In this document: positions 28,412 through 36,379 of the stretch, piece after piece
How the letters are laid out: each line of letters begins with the position of its first letter
Position numbering within the stretch: position 1 is the first letter of the stretch
NCBI GenBank assembly: GCA_039586365.1
Contig: JBDHKN010000056.1
Location: forward strand, 1-36,379
Origin: Gemmatimonadota bacterium
Lineage (GTDB): Bacteria; Gemmatimonadota; Gemmatimonadetes; Gemmatimonadales; GWC2-71-9
DNA: 36,379 bases
Direction of reading: 5' to 3'
Position numbers and translations under genes: made by a program
The notes under the pieces: model-generated
Databases searched by the model: none
The model's input: the letters and a program-made list of their open reading frames with translations, nothing else
Told to the model about the DNA's origin: nothing

Positions 28412-29154
28412 GCCAGAGTAGTCCGGACCGTACTCCGGTGCAGCCGGATAGGCATCAGCATGGAGGCGGTGTGCAGGGGCAACAGTTGCCGGATCCGTGG
28501 GGTGTGAAGCGAGCCGAGAATCTGCTGCAGAGTCTGCAGGCGGTCCATTCGGCGCGTGTGGTCGTCACTCCGTTTGGGGAGATCGAAGAAGTGCACATTC
28601 TGGCGGGCAGCGGAACGTCGCCCAAGCAGATTGTACGCAACGTCGAGAGTGCGTTGTTGGCGCAGCTCGGGATAAAGATCGATCACCGCAAGATCAGCGT
28701 TGCACAGACTGCGGAAGTGCAACCGATAGAGGCACTGGAGGAGTCGGCAGTACGCCGGGAGGCGCTGAAACGTGGTGTGGTGTACCGCTCTTTTGACGCG
28801 ATCGCGTCGGCACCGCATCGTGTGCGTATTGCGGTGACGCTCGAGGTGAATGGGCAGGAGGTCGTCGGCGAAGACGAAGCGGCTGAGACAACCAGAGGCC
28901 GGCTGCAGGCGGCAGCCAGAGCCACAGTTGCAGCGCTCGACAGGGCGCTTCCCAGGGGCACGTTCCAGCTAGAGGGTGTGAGAGTAATTGAGATCTTTGA
29001 CGAGCAGTTGACCGTCGCGGGCGTCCACGTTGTCGAGGGACGCGAAACAAAGATGCTCACGGGTACTGCGGAGATAAGAGGTGGTGCGGAGCAAGCCGCC
29101 GTACTTGCCGTGTTGGATGCGACGAATCGCTGGTTCCAATCGCGACAAAGTTGA
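28408..29154 (+). CDS. Hypothetical protein; C-terminal duplicated beta-beta-beta-alpha unit resembling the LeuA allosteric domain
   Basis: 4-nt overlap with the cyclase; two similar helices (LQAAARATVAALDR, EQAAVLAVLDATNR), each preceded by beta-like segments. Confidence 0.75.
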   Translation: MSQSSPDRTPVQPDRHQHGGGVQGQQLPDPWGVKRAENLLQSLQAVHSARVVVTPFGEIEEVHILAGSGTSPKQIVRNVESALLAQLGIKIDHRKISVAQTAEVQPIEALEESAVRREALKRGVVYRSFDAIASAPHRVRIAVTLEVNGQEVVGEDEAAETTRGRLQAAARATVAALDRALPRGTFQLEGVRVIEIFDEQLTVAGVHVVEGRETKMLTGTAEIRGGAEQAAVLAVLDATNRWFQSRQS

Positions 29155-29188
29155 TGAGCCGGAATCTGGCGAACGACTACAGAAGGAC

Positions 29189-29239
29189 ATGAACTGGAGC
29201 TGGTGGCGCAAGCCGTCACTGAAGAGACGACACATTTGA
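29189..29239 (+). CDS. Possible Trp-rich leader micro-peptide MNWSWWRKPSLKRRHI (16 aa)
   Basis: ATG with AGAAGGA immediately upstream; three TGG codons in the first six; translation unproven. Confidence 0.3.
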   Translation: MNWSWWRKPSLKRRHI

Positions 29240-29390
29240 TCAATGGAGAGGAGGGGGTACCCCGGACGGTAGCCTAGCCACAATGTAGCGGAGCGAATCG
29301 GTCGGAGGACAGAGCGGAGCCTCGGGTATGCCGTAGCGAGGTATGCCACTTTCTACGCGGCAGTGCCGCCCGGAAGGAGGTGACGCAACA

Positions 29391-29468
29391 ATGCTCGACT
29401 GGATCGCTGTGGTAATAGGCGCGCTGACAGCGCTGTTCGCGCGGTCAGCGTGGCAAACTTGGGGCTAG
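29391..29468 (+). CDS. Small hydrophobic peptide MLDWIAVVIGALTALFARSAWQTWG (25 aa)
   Basis: Perfect Shine-Dalgarno AAGGAGGTGA 7 nt before ATG; hydrophobic helix plus polar Trp-rich tail; followed by a hairpin and the HD-GYP gene. Confidence 0.7.
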   Translation: MLDWIAVVIGALTALFARSAWQTWG

Positions 29469-29476
29469 GATACTTT

Positions 29477-29493
29477 CCGGGGTCGCCCCCCGG
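29477..29493 (+). other. GC hairpin between the peptide gene and the HD-GYP gene
   Basis: CCGGGG-TCGCC-CCCCGG. Confidence 0.5.
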
Positions 29494-29501
29494 GTTCTGC
29501 C

Positions 29502-30857
29502 GTGTCAGTTCGCACAATAGATCGGACACCAATCCTTGTGCAGTTGTATGTGGCAGCCGTGGCTTTGCTGGGGTCTGTTGCTTTCGCTGGTTCAATTCTA
29601 CTTGAACCGTTTGCGCGGTCACACGATTCTGTCACCAATGTCGGTGTCGCAACATTTGTTCTGATTGGGCTCGGTCTACAGCTTGCGGAACACCGTTTGA
29701 CGGTCGGTACTGCCGCTGGCTCGATCGCCTTCATTATCTACATCGCCTCTGCCCTCGTATTCGGACCGACCTGGTGCGCGGTTATTGCTGCGCTCACAGT
29801 CGCTACAGCACAGCTATTGAATCGCAAAGCGGCCATCAAGGTTGTATTCAACGTCTTCCAACATGTGCTTGCGATGACCGTCGGAAGCGCCATATACCTG
29901 GCACTTGGAGGACAGATACCGATTCAATCGCTTGATGCAACGGCCGTCTTCCCGTTTCTAGCGTTGGTTGTTGCGGCCTTCGCAATTAACGGTGCGGCTG
30001 TAAGCGGTGTAGTGGCTATCAGCGAAGGCCGGAGTTTCGTAGAGGTGTGGATGCGCAACACCTGGGCTCTGGCGGCATACGATCTCGTTGCTAGCGCCCT
30101 CGGTCTCGCGGTAGCCTGGCTCTACGTTAGATTCGGCCTCGCTGGCATTACTGCGGTTGTGGTTCCGATCCTATTCCTGCGTCACACATTGCTGGTGAAC
30201 CTTCAACTTCAGAACACTAACCGGGAGTTGCTTGACCTGATGGTCAAGGCAATTGAAGCTCGTGATCCCTACACTAGTGGGCACTCGCAACGCGTAGCTG
30301 AACTTGCTAAAGCAATAGCCAGCGAGCTTGGACTCGGCTTCAAGGAGACTGAGCGCATCACGACGGCAGCGTTGCTGCATGATGTTGGAAAGATCTACGA
30401 GGACTTCGCCCCGCTGCTGAGGAAGGAAGGAGGGCTAACGCAACAAGAGAAGAGCGTGATGGAATCGCACTCAGTGAGGAGTGCTGAACTGGTGGCGACG
30501 ATAACTAATCTGCGAGGTTACGTCGAGCGATGCGTGCGCCATCATCACGAGAACTTCGACGGGTCCGGCTACCCGCAGGGTCTGAGTGGTGATGATATAC
30601 CTCTGGGTGCTCGAGTTGTCATGATCGCGGACACAGCGGATGCAATGACGACGGATCGACCGTATCGGAACGCGCTTTCCTACGAGAAGGTAATCGCAGA
30701 ACTTGCGAAATGCGCCGGGCGTCAGTTTGATCCGGTGATAGTGGAAGCGTTTCGGCGCAGCCCAGCTATTAGGGCGATGGTAATGAACCGTAGTGGGACG
30801 ACTCCTCCTTCCATGAGGTCAAAGAAATCACGTCTGAAGCTCCGAGTTGCCAGGTGA
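29502..30857 (+). CDS. Membrane-bound HD-GYP cyclic dinucleotide phosphodiesterase
   Basis: About 7 hydrophobic segments, then EARDPYTSGHS.RV, LLHDVGK, HHHENFDGSGYP and DTADAMTTDRPYR; exact start uncertain. Confidence 0.9.
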   Translation: MSVRTIDRTPILVQLYVAAVALLGSVAFAGSILLEPFARSHDSVTNVGVATFVLIGLGLQLAEHRLTVGTAAGSIAFIIYIASALVFGPTWCAVIAALTVATAQLLNRKAAIKVVFNVFQHVLAMTVGSAIYLALGGQIPIQSLDATAVFPFLALVVAAFAINGAAVSGVVAISEGRSFVEVWMRNTWALAAYDLVASALGLAVAWLYVRFGLAGITAVVVPILFLRHTLLVNLQLQNTNRELLDLMVKAIEARDPYTSGHSQRVAELAKAIASELGLGFKETERITTAALLHDVGKIYEDFAPLLRKEGGLTQQEKSVMESHSVRSAELVATITNLRGYVERCVRHHHENFDGSGYPQGLSGDDIPLGARVVMIADTADAMTTDRPYRNALSYEKVIAELAKCAGRQFDPVIVEAFRRSPAIRAMVMNRSGTTPPSMRSKKSRLKLRVAR

Positions 30858-30877
30858 AGTTTGTGTCTGGTGATTCC

Positions 30878-33800
30878 TTAGGGCTGGTCTCGGATCTGAA
30901 GTGTATTGAGCCGGGACAGGATTCCGTGAAGCTGCCGAGAACGCAGCTCGTCAAATGCTGACATTGACGTGGATCTTGGGATCCCCTCATGAAGCCGAAC
31001 CCAATCCTCCATGGCGTTGATTTCAAACCGACCACTCAGTTGAATACACCTTTCGGAAAGGTTCTCAGTGTCAGAGAGTGTTTCCACGGCGCTCCGCCCT
31101 CGGGTAATCCACAGATGATGGCGTCTGAGGCGCTCAAACCGTCCACGATTAGACAGTAGGTACACACGACCCCTGGTATTGGTCTGAGCCTCCTCAACCA
31201 GCGGCCAAGCGGCTTCTGGACAGTTGATGGCGATGTTGTAGTCGGCCTGGGCGAGGAGCACGTCAGTGGTGAGCCACCATAGCTGCGACTCGCTAGCGCG
31301 CTTTCTCGCTACCTTTAGACAGCGCGATGCATCCTTAAGATCACCTGTCACCAACCTCAGACTGGCCATATTGAGATGGACCTCGACTGCACGCCGCGGG
31401 TTACTTGCTTGTGCTTCAAGGCTCATTGCTTGCTCATAGCAGTGTTCAGCCTCTGTGAAATCACCGAGGTCTTCGTGAACAGCCCCGAGGTTGGACCATG
31501 ATGTGGCGCACGCTACGGAGTCCCCGATATGAGACGCGATGCGAATGGCTGTGTTGAAAGAGGCAATCCCGTCGGCAAACAAGCCGAGACAGTACTGTGC
31601 TACGCCGAGACCGTTGAACGCCTGCCTAAGTTCCCCGTCGAGCGACAAATCCCCAAGTAAACGAAGACACTCTACGAACTGTGATTGTGCACCGCGGACA
31701 TCCCCAGCCACTAGCAGGCAATATCCCTGAGTGAATCTAGCGAGTGCCTTCGTATCCGGTTGCACGCTCGCGTGCTCCACGCGGGCTGCTCTCATGCGGA
31801 CCGTGCCGATCGCTTGCCAGCTCCCGACCTCTGATGCAACTTCGGCACTGAGCTGCAGCGCTCGCATGGCTAGTCTTTCGTCTCCGGCTGCATCCGCAAG
31901 AGCTAGCGCTTCTCCTAGAGCTTGTTGAATGCTGCGATCATCTGCGAGGCGACCTCGATGGAGAGCTTCCGTGCGTATTATTGCTGCCTGCGCTTTCTGA
32001 AGTGTTGTAGGCGCTGTTGGATTCCAGAGGACCAATGCGTTAAGAGCCTGGTGGTACTTTCCTTCGGCTGACTGGGCCCTTGCGAGCAACAAATGGAGTC
32101 TGGACGGAGAATCGATATTGCATGATGACAGCACCGCCTTCAGAGCTCGCTCAGCTTCTTTGGGCGCACCTCGCGTTACGGCCAACTCTGCTCCAAGACA
32201 CACCGCTTCTATCGCTTCATCGACCATCTTCGCCTTCAGATAGTGATGAGACGCCTCGAGTGCGCGCTGGAAGTCACGCTCAGCACCTGTTGTGGTGAGG
32301 CACTTAGCCAAGCGCGCATGATGGTATTTCCTGGCCTCCTCTGACATCTCGTGGTAATAGACGAAGGCTCGGTGTAACTCATTTCTGAAGCCAAGCCTCC
32401 CGCTATCGGTTCGGATCAGAGATCGATCGATAAGCTCCAGAGCGGCATGATCGAGAGCAGCCGGCGCAAATGCGAGGAGTGTCTCGAGCTCGTCAGTCGC
32501 GATGACACGGCTCGCCACCGCGAGAAGGTGAAGCATATGCTGAGCGTCCTTCGACAGTCCCTGATATTGCTTGGCAAACGCCAGACGCATGGTCCCGGGC
32601 GGGCGCCATGATACTGCTGCGGCATCTTGCTGCCTCTCCAGGGCAACCAGAGAATCACCCCCGTTGTTGCGCCAGTCGGAGACCAGCATCTCGGTCAAAT
32701 AGGGATTACCCTGTGACAATTCAGCGATATCGTTGACGATCTCAACAGGTACATGCTCAGACTCTGGCATCAGCTGGGTGACCAACGCCCGCGTTCGTGC
32801 TGCGCCCAAGCCTCGAAGATGGACTTGCTGTTGCCACTCAATTCCGCTCTCGGCTGCGACGCCAATCATCGCATGATCTATCTCGTCGCTCTGCATCGTC
32901 CCGACTAGGAGTATGGGTGATGTTTCGAGGCGGCGCGCGAGTACGTGCAGCACGTCCTGGCTGGCGGGATCTAGATGCTGAACGCTGTCGAACACAAGGA
33001 GCAGCGGACCGCCGTCGGCAATGCACTCGAGCATGCGGAGTAGCGCCTCCGCGACCCTGATGCGGACCGCCTCAGGTGGCGCTGGTGGTGGTTCTGGCAC
33101 GCCGGGGTATATGGCTCGCAGCCCAGGAGTGACACGGCTCGCCTCAGCCAGCCACATTGGATCGGTGCCGCTCAGTGCGGGGTCCCGCGTAAGTCGTATC
33201 GTAAGGTCAGAAACTGCCGCAAAGGGAATCCTGCGGCCGATCTCCTGACAGGCAACCAGAAACGCCGGCCAAGTGCGAGCCGTCAGGGAAGTGGCAAACC
33301 TGCGCACCAAAGCGCTCTTCCCAATCCCCGGCGGGCCGGATATCAAGCAGGTCGCGAGGTTGCCGCGGCAAGCTGCTGTCCAGGCAGCTTCAAGTTGACG
33401 GAGTTCGTCCTCTCTGTCGACAAACACGTCTGGTTGCGTGAGAGTGGGGCGTTGCTCTACTTCAACCGCAGCAGCGGGAAGTGGTTGGGGCTCTAACCCC
33501 CGCTCAAGGCGCTGAGACAGCAAGAGCATACATCGTGGTGGGTGCCGTCCCAGCTCATCCCTGGACCGAGCGAAATGACTACGTAGGAGTTCAATCACAT
33601 TTACCTGGTCACCTGCCAATAGGTGGTGCTCGGCTAGAGTCAACACAGCTTCGTCGTTCAACGGATCCACCGCATACAGCAACGCTGCAATCCCGTAAGC
33701 ATCTTCCAATCGCCCCAGGTTCCGTGCTGTCGTGAGCCTCCCCATGAGCTCAGTCCGAACTTGCCGCACGCATCTTTCCCGGGCACGGTCAACCCAATGT

Positions 33801-34192
33801 GCGAACGAAACACCCACCCCGCCCTCCACTCCGCTGAGGGGCAGGGCGAGATCCCCAGGCCGCAAATTCTTGGTCCAACCCGGGTCAACATCGGTGGTAA
33901 GACCATCGAGGAGCTGTACCTTGATGCTGGACTTGCTGAATGAGCCTTTCCCCAAATGGGTACGGATCTCCGTGAGCGCCTGCGACAATGAGTGGCGACC
34001 CCGCTGCTCCCGTACGTCGGGCCAGAACAGGTCCGCCAGTGAATTGCGGAACACCGGCTTTTCACGTGCCTCCAGCGCGACGTAGACGAGCAGCGCTAGA
34101 TGTTTTCGGGTCCGCAACGTGACAGACTGCCCCTGCGGATCGAGCAACTGGGGTACCCCGAACAATCGAAGGTGATGGGTTGCGGTCGTCAT
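30878..34192 (-). CDS. SARP/AfsR-like regulator: wHTH-BTAD, STAND-type NTPase and TPR repeats
   Basis: LRLFG.P...ALLVYVAL...LADLFWPD N-terminus, FVDREDEL, Walker A GPPGIGKS, Walker B LLVFD, S.GNP, C-terminal TPRs (NGLG, SNLG). Confidence 0.85.
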   Translation of the reverse strand: MTTATHHLRLFGVPQLLDPQGQSVTLRTRKHLALLVYVALEAREKPVFRNSLADLFWPDVREQRGRHSLSQALTEIRTHLGKGSFSKSSIKVQLLDGLTTDVDPGWTKNLRPGDLALPLSGVEGGVGVSFAHWVDRARERCVRQVRTELMGRLTTARNLGRLEDAYGIAALLYAVDPLNDEAVLTLAEHHLLAGDQVNVIELLRSHFARSRDELGRHPPRCMLLLSQRLERGLEPQPLPAAAVEVEQRPTLTQPDVFVDREDELRQLEAAWTAACRGNLATCLISGPPGIGKSALVRRFATSLTARTWPAFLVACQEIGRRIPFAAVSDLTIRLTRDPALSGTDPMWLAEASRVTPGLRAIYPGVPEPPPAPPEAVRIRVAEALLRMLECIADGGPLLLVFDSVQHLDPASQDVLHVLARRLETSPILLVGTMQSDEIDHAMIGVAAESGIEWQQQVHLRGLGAARTRALVTQLMPESEHVPVEIVNDIAELSQGNPYLTEMLVSDWRNNGGDSLVALERQQDAAAVSWRPPGTMRLAFAKQYQGLSKDAQHMLHLLAVASRVIATDELETLLAFAPAALDHAALELIDRSLIRTDSGRLGFRNELHRAFVYYHEMSEEARKYHHARLAKCLTTTGAERDFQRALEASHHYLKAKMVDEAIEAVCLGAELAVTRGAPKEAERALKAVLSSCNIDSPSRLHLLLARAQSAEGKYHQALNALVLWNPTAPTTLQKAQAAIIRTEALHRGRLADDRSIQQALGEALALADAAGDERLAMRALQLSAEVASEVGSWQAIGTVRMRAARVEHASVQPDTKALARFTQGYCLLVAGDVRGAQSQFVECLRLLGDLSLDGELRQAFNGLGVAQYCLGLFADGIASFNTAIRIASHIGDSVACATSWSNLGAVHEDLGDFTEAEHCYEQAMSLEAQASNPRRAVEVHLNMASLRLVTGDLKDASRCLKVARKRASESQLWWLTTDVLLAQADYNIAINCPEAAWPLVEEAQTNTRGRVYLLSNRGRFERLRRHHLWITRGRSAVETLSDTENLSERCIQLSGRFEINAMEDWVRLHEGIPRSTSMSAFDELRSRQLHGILSRLNTLQIRDQP

Positions 34193-34250
34193 TGGGCTTC
34201 CTCGCTATGTGGGCCGCCCATATAATTGCACGCAGGTATCAACGTAGTCT

Positions 34251-34275
34251 CAACAGATTGTCAGTGCTAGACTTA
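34251..34275 (-). promoter_or_regulatory. TAAGT-N17-TTG motif, copy 4, upstream of the SARP/STAND gene
   Basis: Minus strand reads TAAGTCTAGCACTGACAATCTGTTG. Confidence 0.35.
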
Positions 34276-34511
34276 GAGGCATGATCGCGGCTCGGTTAGG
34301 CGCATGCCAGGGAGAGAATCAACATCTTACTGGCGGGTCGCTCTGCCGGCAAGGCGCCGCAGGTCTAGGGTGGGAATCGCGGCTGCTGTCAGCTAGGCAA
34401 GAACCTCGTTTGAGTGGTTTGGATGCTGCTGTGGTCCTGCGGGCCTAGTCGAGACTGCGTGGGATCGGCCCCTTCGGGCGGCGCGTGAGGACGGTCGCAC
34501 CTCAAGACGTC

Positions 34512-35528
34512 TCACTGTATCCAGCCCGATCCCCCAATGAGCTCCTGGCACACGTCCTCAGCACTGCGGCCCGCCGCCTCGGCCGCGAAGTTCACAACCA
34601 CCCGGTGACGCAGCACTGACAAGGCCACCGCCTTCAGATCGTCCAGGTCCGCCATCGGTCGGCCATCGAGTGCAGCGCGCGCTTTGGATCCCAATACCAT
34701 GAACTGGGAGGCACGAGGACCAGCACCCCAATCGACGTACTCCCTGACGAAGTCAGGTGCTGCGCCGTCAACCGGCCGACTCATGCGGGCCAACGAAACA
34801 GCTGCGCGCACAACCAGCTTCGGGGCTGGGATCCTCCTGACCAATCTCTGCAGCCGCAGCAGTTCCTGGCCAGTGAGCACTGTTCGCACGGCGTGATCTT
34901 GGTCGCTTGTTGTGGTCTCGACGATGCGCTCCTCATCTTCACGGTTCGGATACTGGACTCGCAGCTCCAACATGAACCGATCGAGTTGGGCTTCTGGCAG
35001 CGGATACGTGCCCTCCTGTTCGATCGGATTCTGGGTAGCCAGCACGAAGAAAGGCTCCGGAACGTGATAGGTCTCTCCAGCTGCGGTGATTTCGTGTTCC
35101 TGCATCGCTTGGAGCAAGGCGGCCTGGGTCTTCGGTGGAGTGCGGTTGATCTCGTCGGCCAGTACCACATTGGCGAAGACGGGCCCGTGGACGAACCTGA
35201 AACCCCTCTTGCCTGAGGCCGGATCCTCCTCGATTATCTCGGTGCCCGTGATGTCACTTGGCATGAGGTCGGGAGTGAACTGTATCCGCGAGAACCTGAG
35301 GTCTAGGGCATCGGCGATGGTGGACACCATCAGCGTCTTTGCCAATCCCGGCACTCCGACCAGCAGACCATGGCCCCCTGAGACGATCGCAGTGAGGATT
35401 CCCTCGAGAACATCGTGCTGGCCCACTATCCGATGCGCGATCTGCTCCATGAGTTCTGATCGCGCGCTTGCAAGGCTTTCGAGTAGTCCGATGTCGTCCT
35501 CTTCCACTCGCACAGGTTCCACGTGCAC
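34512..35528 (-). CDS. MoxR-family AAA+ ATPase
   Basis: GVPGLAKT, RIQFTPDLMPSDITG, LADEINR.PPKTQAALL, ATQNPIEQEGTYPLPEAQLDRF. Confidence 0.95.
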   Translation of the reverse strand: MHVEPVRVEEDDIGLLESLASARSELMEQIAHRIVGQHDVLEGILTAIVSGGHGLLVGVPGLAKTLMVSTIADALDLRFSRIQFTPDLMPSDITGTEIIEEDPASGKRGFRFVHGPVFANVVLADEINRTPPKTQAALLQAMQEHEITAAGETYHVPEPFFVLATQNPIEQEGTYPLPEAQLDRFMLELRVQYPNREDEERIVETTTSDQDHAVRTVLTGQELLRLQRLVRRIPAPKLVVRAAVSLARMSRPVDGAAPDFVREYVDWGAGPRASQFMVLGSKARAALDGRPMADLDDLKAVALSVLRHRVVVNFAAEAAGRSAEDVCQELIGGSGWIQ

Positions 35529-35656
35529 GATTCGCCCCCCTCAAATGTTTCAATACGCGTCCATCCTCGACCGCCCAACGCCATTCCTCCAATGCTACAC
35601 CAAACGACCCCTCGCTGGCTACCTTACATTTCACAACGAGGGCTCTCACAAGGGGG

Positions 35657-35929
35657 ATGGTTCTGGCTGCTCTCACATCGCACCGCGGCCCCGGACGCGG
35701 CATCGGCGAAGGATACAAGTATCTGGGGATGGGCATGCAATTCGCGGGCGGGATAATCCTCTTCGTGGTCGGTGGTTATCTCCTGGACCGGTGGCTGGGG
35801 ACGATGCCGGCGTTCACTATAGCTGGGACGCTGCTCGGTGCATCTCTCAGCTTCGTGAATGTCTATTTCAAACTCAAAGCGTTGACTGACGCTGAGCGCA
35901 AGCACCACGAGCCGGGTGGTGATAGGTGA
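35657..35929 (+). CDS. AtpZ/AtpI-family (ATP synthase gene 1) membrane protein
   Basis: Two TM helices flanking GYLLDRWLGT.P; ATG at 35657 after AAGGGG; first gene of the atp operon. Confidence 0.8.
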   Translation: MVLAALTSHRGPGRGIGEGYKYLGMGMQFAGGIILFVVGGYLLDRWLGTMPAFTIAGTLLGASLSFVNVYFKLKALTDAERKHHEPGGDR

Positions 35930-36267
35930 GGATGCTCTGGGTTGGCTTGGCTCTCACCGGCCTGGTAACGGCGACTCTGGTGCTTGGGTTCGGGGAGGCG
36001 GCGTGGGTGCCGGGGATCGCGTTCGGCGGGTTGGCGACTGCGATACAGGTGGTGGCCGTTCTGGTTGTCAAACCAGTTATGAGTGCGCCGCTTCGGGACA
36101 TGATGCTCCGTTGGGGAGTGGGGATGGGATTGCGGCTGTTGGGGGTGGTATTGTTTGCGGTTGCCGTTCTGATCCGGTCTGATATCTTTCCAGCGCTGCC
36201 GAGTGCGTTCGGATATATCGGGGTTCTCATACCCCTGCTATTTTTGGAAATACGTCTACTAAAATGA
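35926..36267 (+). CDS. ATP synthase protein I-like 4-TM membrane protein
   Basis: Four hydrophobic segments, G..LRL motif; overlaps both neighbours by 4 nt. Confidence 0.7.
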   Translation: MRMLWVGLALTGLVTATLVLGFGEAAWVPGIAFGGLATAIQVVAVLVVKPVMSAPLRDMMLRWGVGMGLRLLGVVLFAVAVLIRSDIFPALPSAFGYIGVLIPLLFLEIRLLK

Positions 36268-36379
36268 CACTTCAAGAGACGCCAGATATCGGCGAAGTAG
36301 TACTGCACCACACTGCTGACGCCTACTCCATCGGAATAGAACCCATCTCCTGGTTGACATTCTCGTGGCACCGCTGGCC
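36264..36379 (+). CDS. atpB: ATP synthase Fo subunit a, N-terminus (runs off the window)
   Basis: MTLQETPDIGEVVLHHTADAYSI; HH..D N-terminal motif; ATGA overlap after the atpI-like genes. Confidence 0.65.
   Translation, partial: MTLQETPDIGEVVLHHTADAYSIGIEPISWLTFSWHRW

Noticed and set aside
29189..29239. Darobactin-like RiPP precursor (W-x-W motif)
   Set aside because: No leader peptide, and no radical SAM or other modifying enzyme nearby.
30878..34192. Avs-type antiphage STAND system
   Set aside because: The N-terminus is a SARP-type DNA-binding/BTAD domain, not a nuclease or other toxic effector.
34281..34448. 55-codon plus-strand ORF in the SARP-moxR gap
   Set aside because: Weak RBS, no recognisable features, and it lies opposite the presumed promoter region.
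1..36379. tRNA, rRNA, CRISPR array or IS element
   Set aside because: No cloverleaf, regularly spaced repeats, transposase or terminal inverted repeats were recognised by eye.

Overview
Mostly core chromosome, probably from a Gemmatimonadota bacterium (inferred from gene order and protein style, not proven). 1-13188 is a type IVa pilus locus: pilT end, pilC, pilS, pilR, two pilins, pilV/W/X-like genes and pilMNOPQ. It carries two lesions: an apparent ~61-nt deletion that frameshifts the first, sigma54-driven pilin, and a G11 tract that frameshifts pilQ. 13332-26272 holds aroC-aroK, topA-trmFO-xerC-hslV-hslU and argF-gcvT-mog, followed by a sigma54 activator with a pseudo-receiver domain. 26669-30857 is the most interesting part, a candidate signalling module. 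It comprises a diguanylate cyclase fused to a degenerate sensory [FeFe]-hydrogenase-like/Fe-S domain, a protein with a LeuA-regulatory-like repeat, a Trp-rich micro-ORF, a 25-aa hydrophobic peptide ending in W-G with a perfect RBS (missed by the ORF track), and a multi-TM HD-GYP phosphodiesterase. A convergent SARP/STAND-TPR regulator, an orphan MoxR ATPase and the start of the atp operon follow. A 25-bp TAAGT-N17-TTG motif recurs in four promoter regions. No rRNA, tRNA, CRISPR array or transposase was seen.
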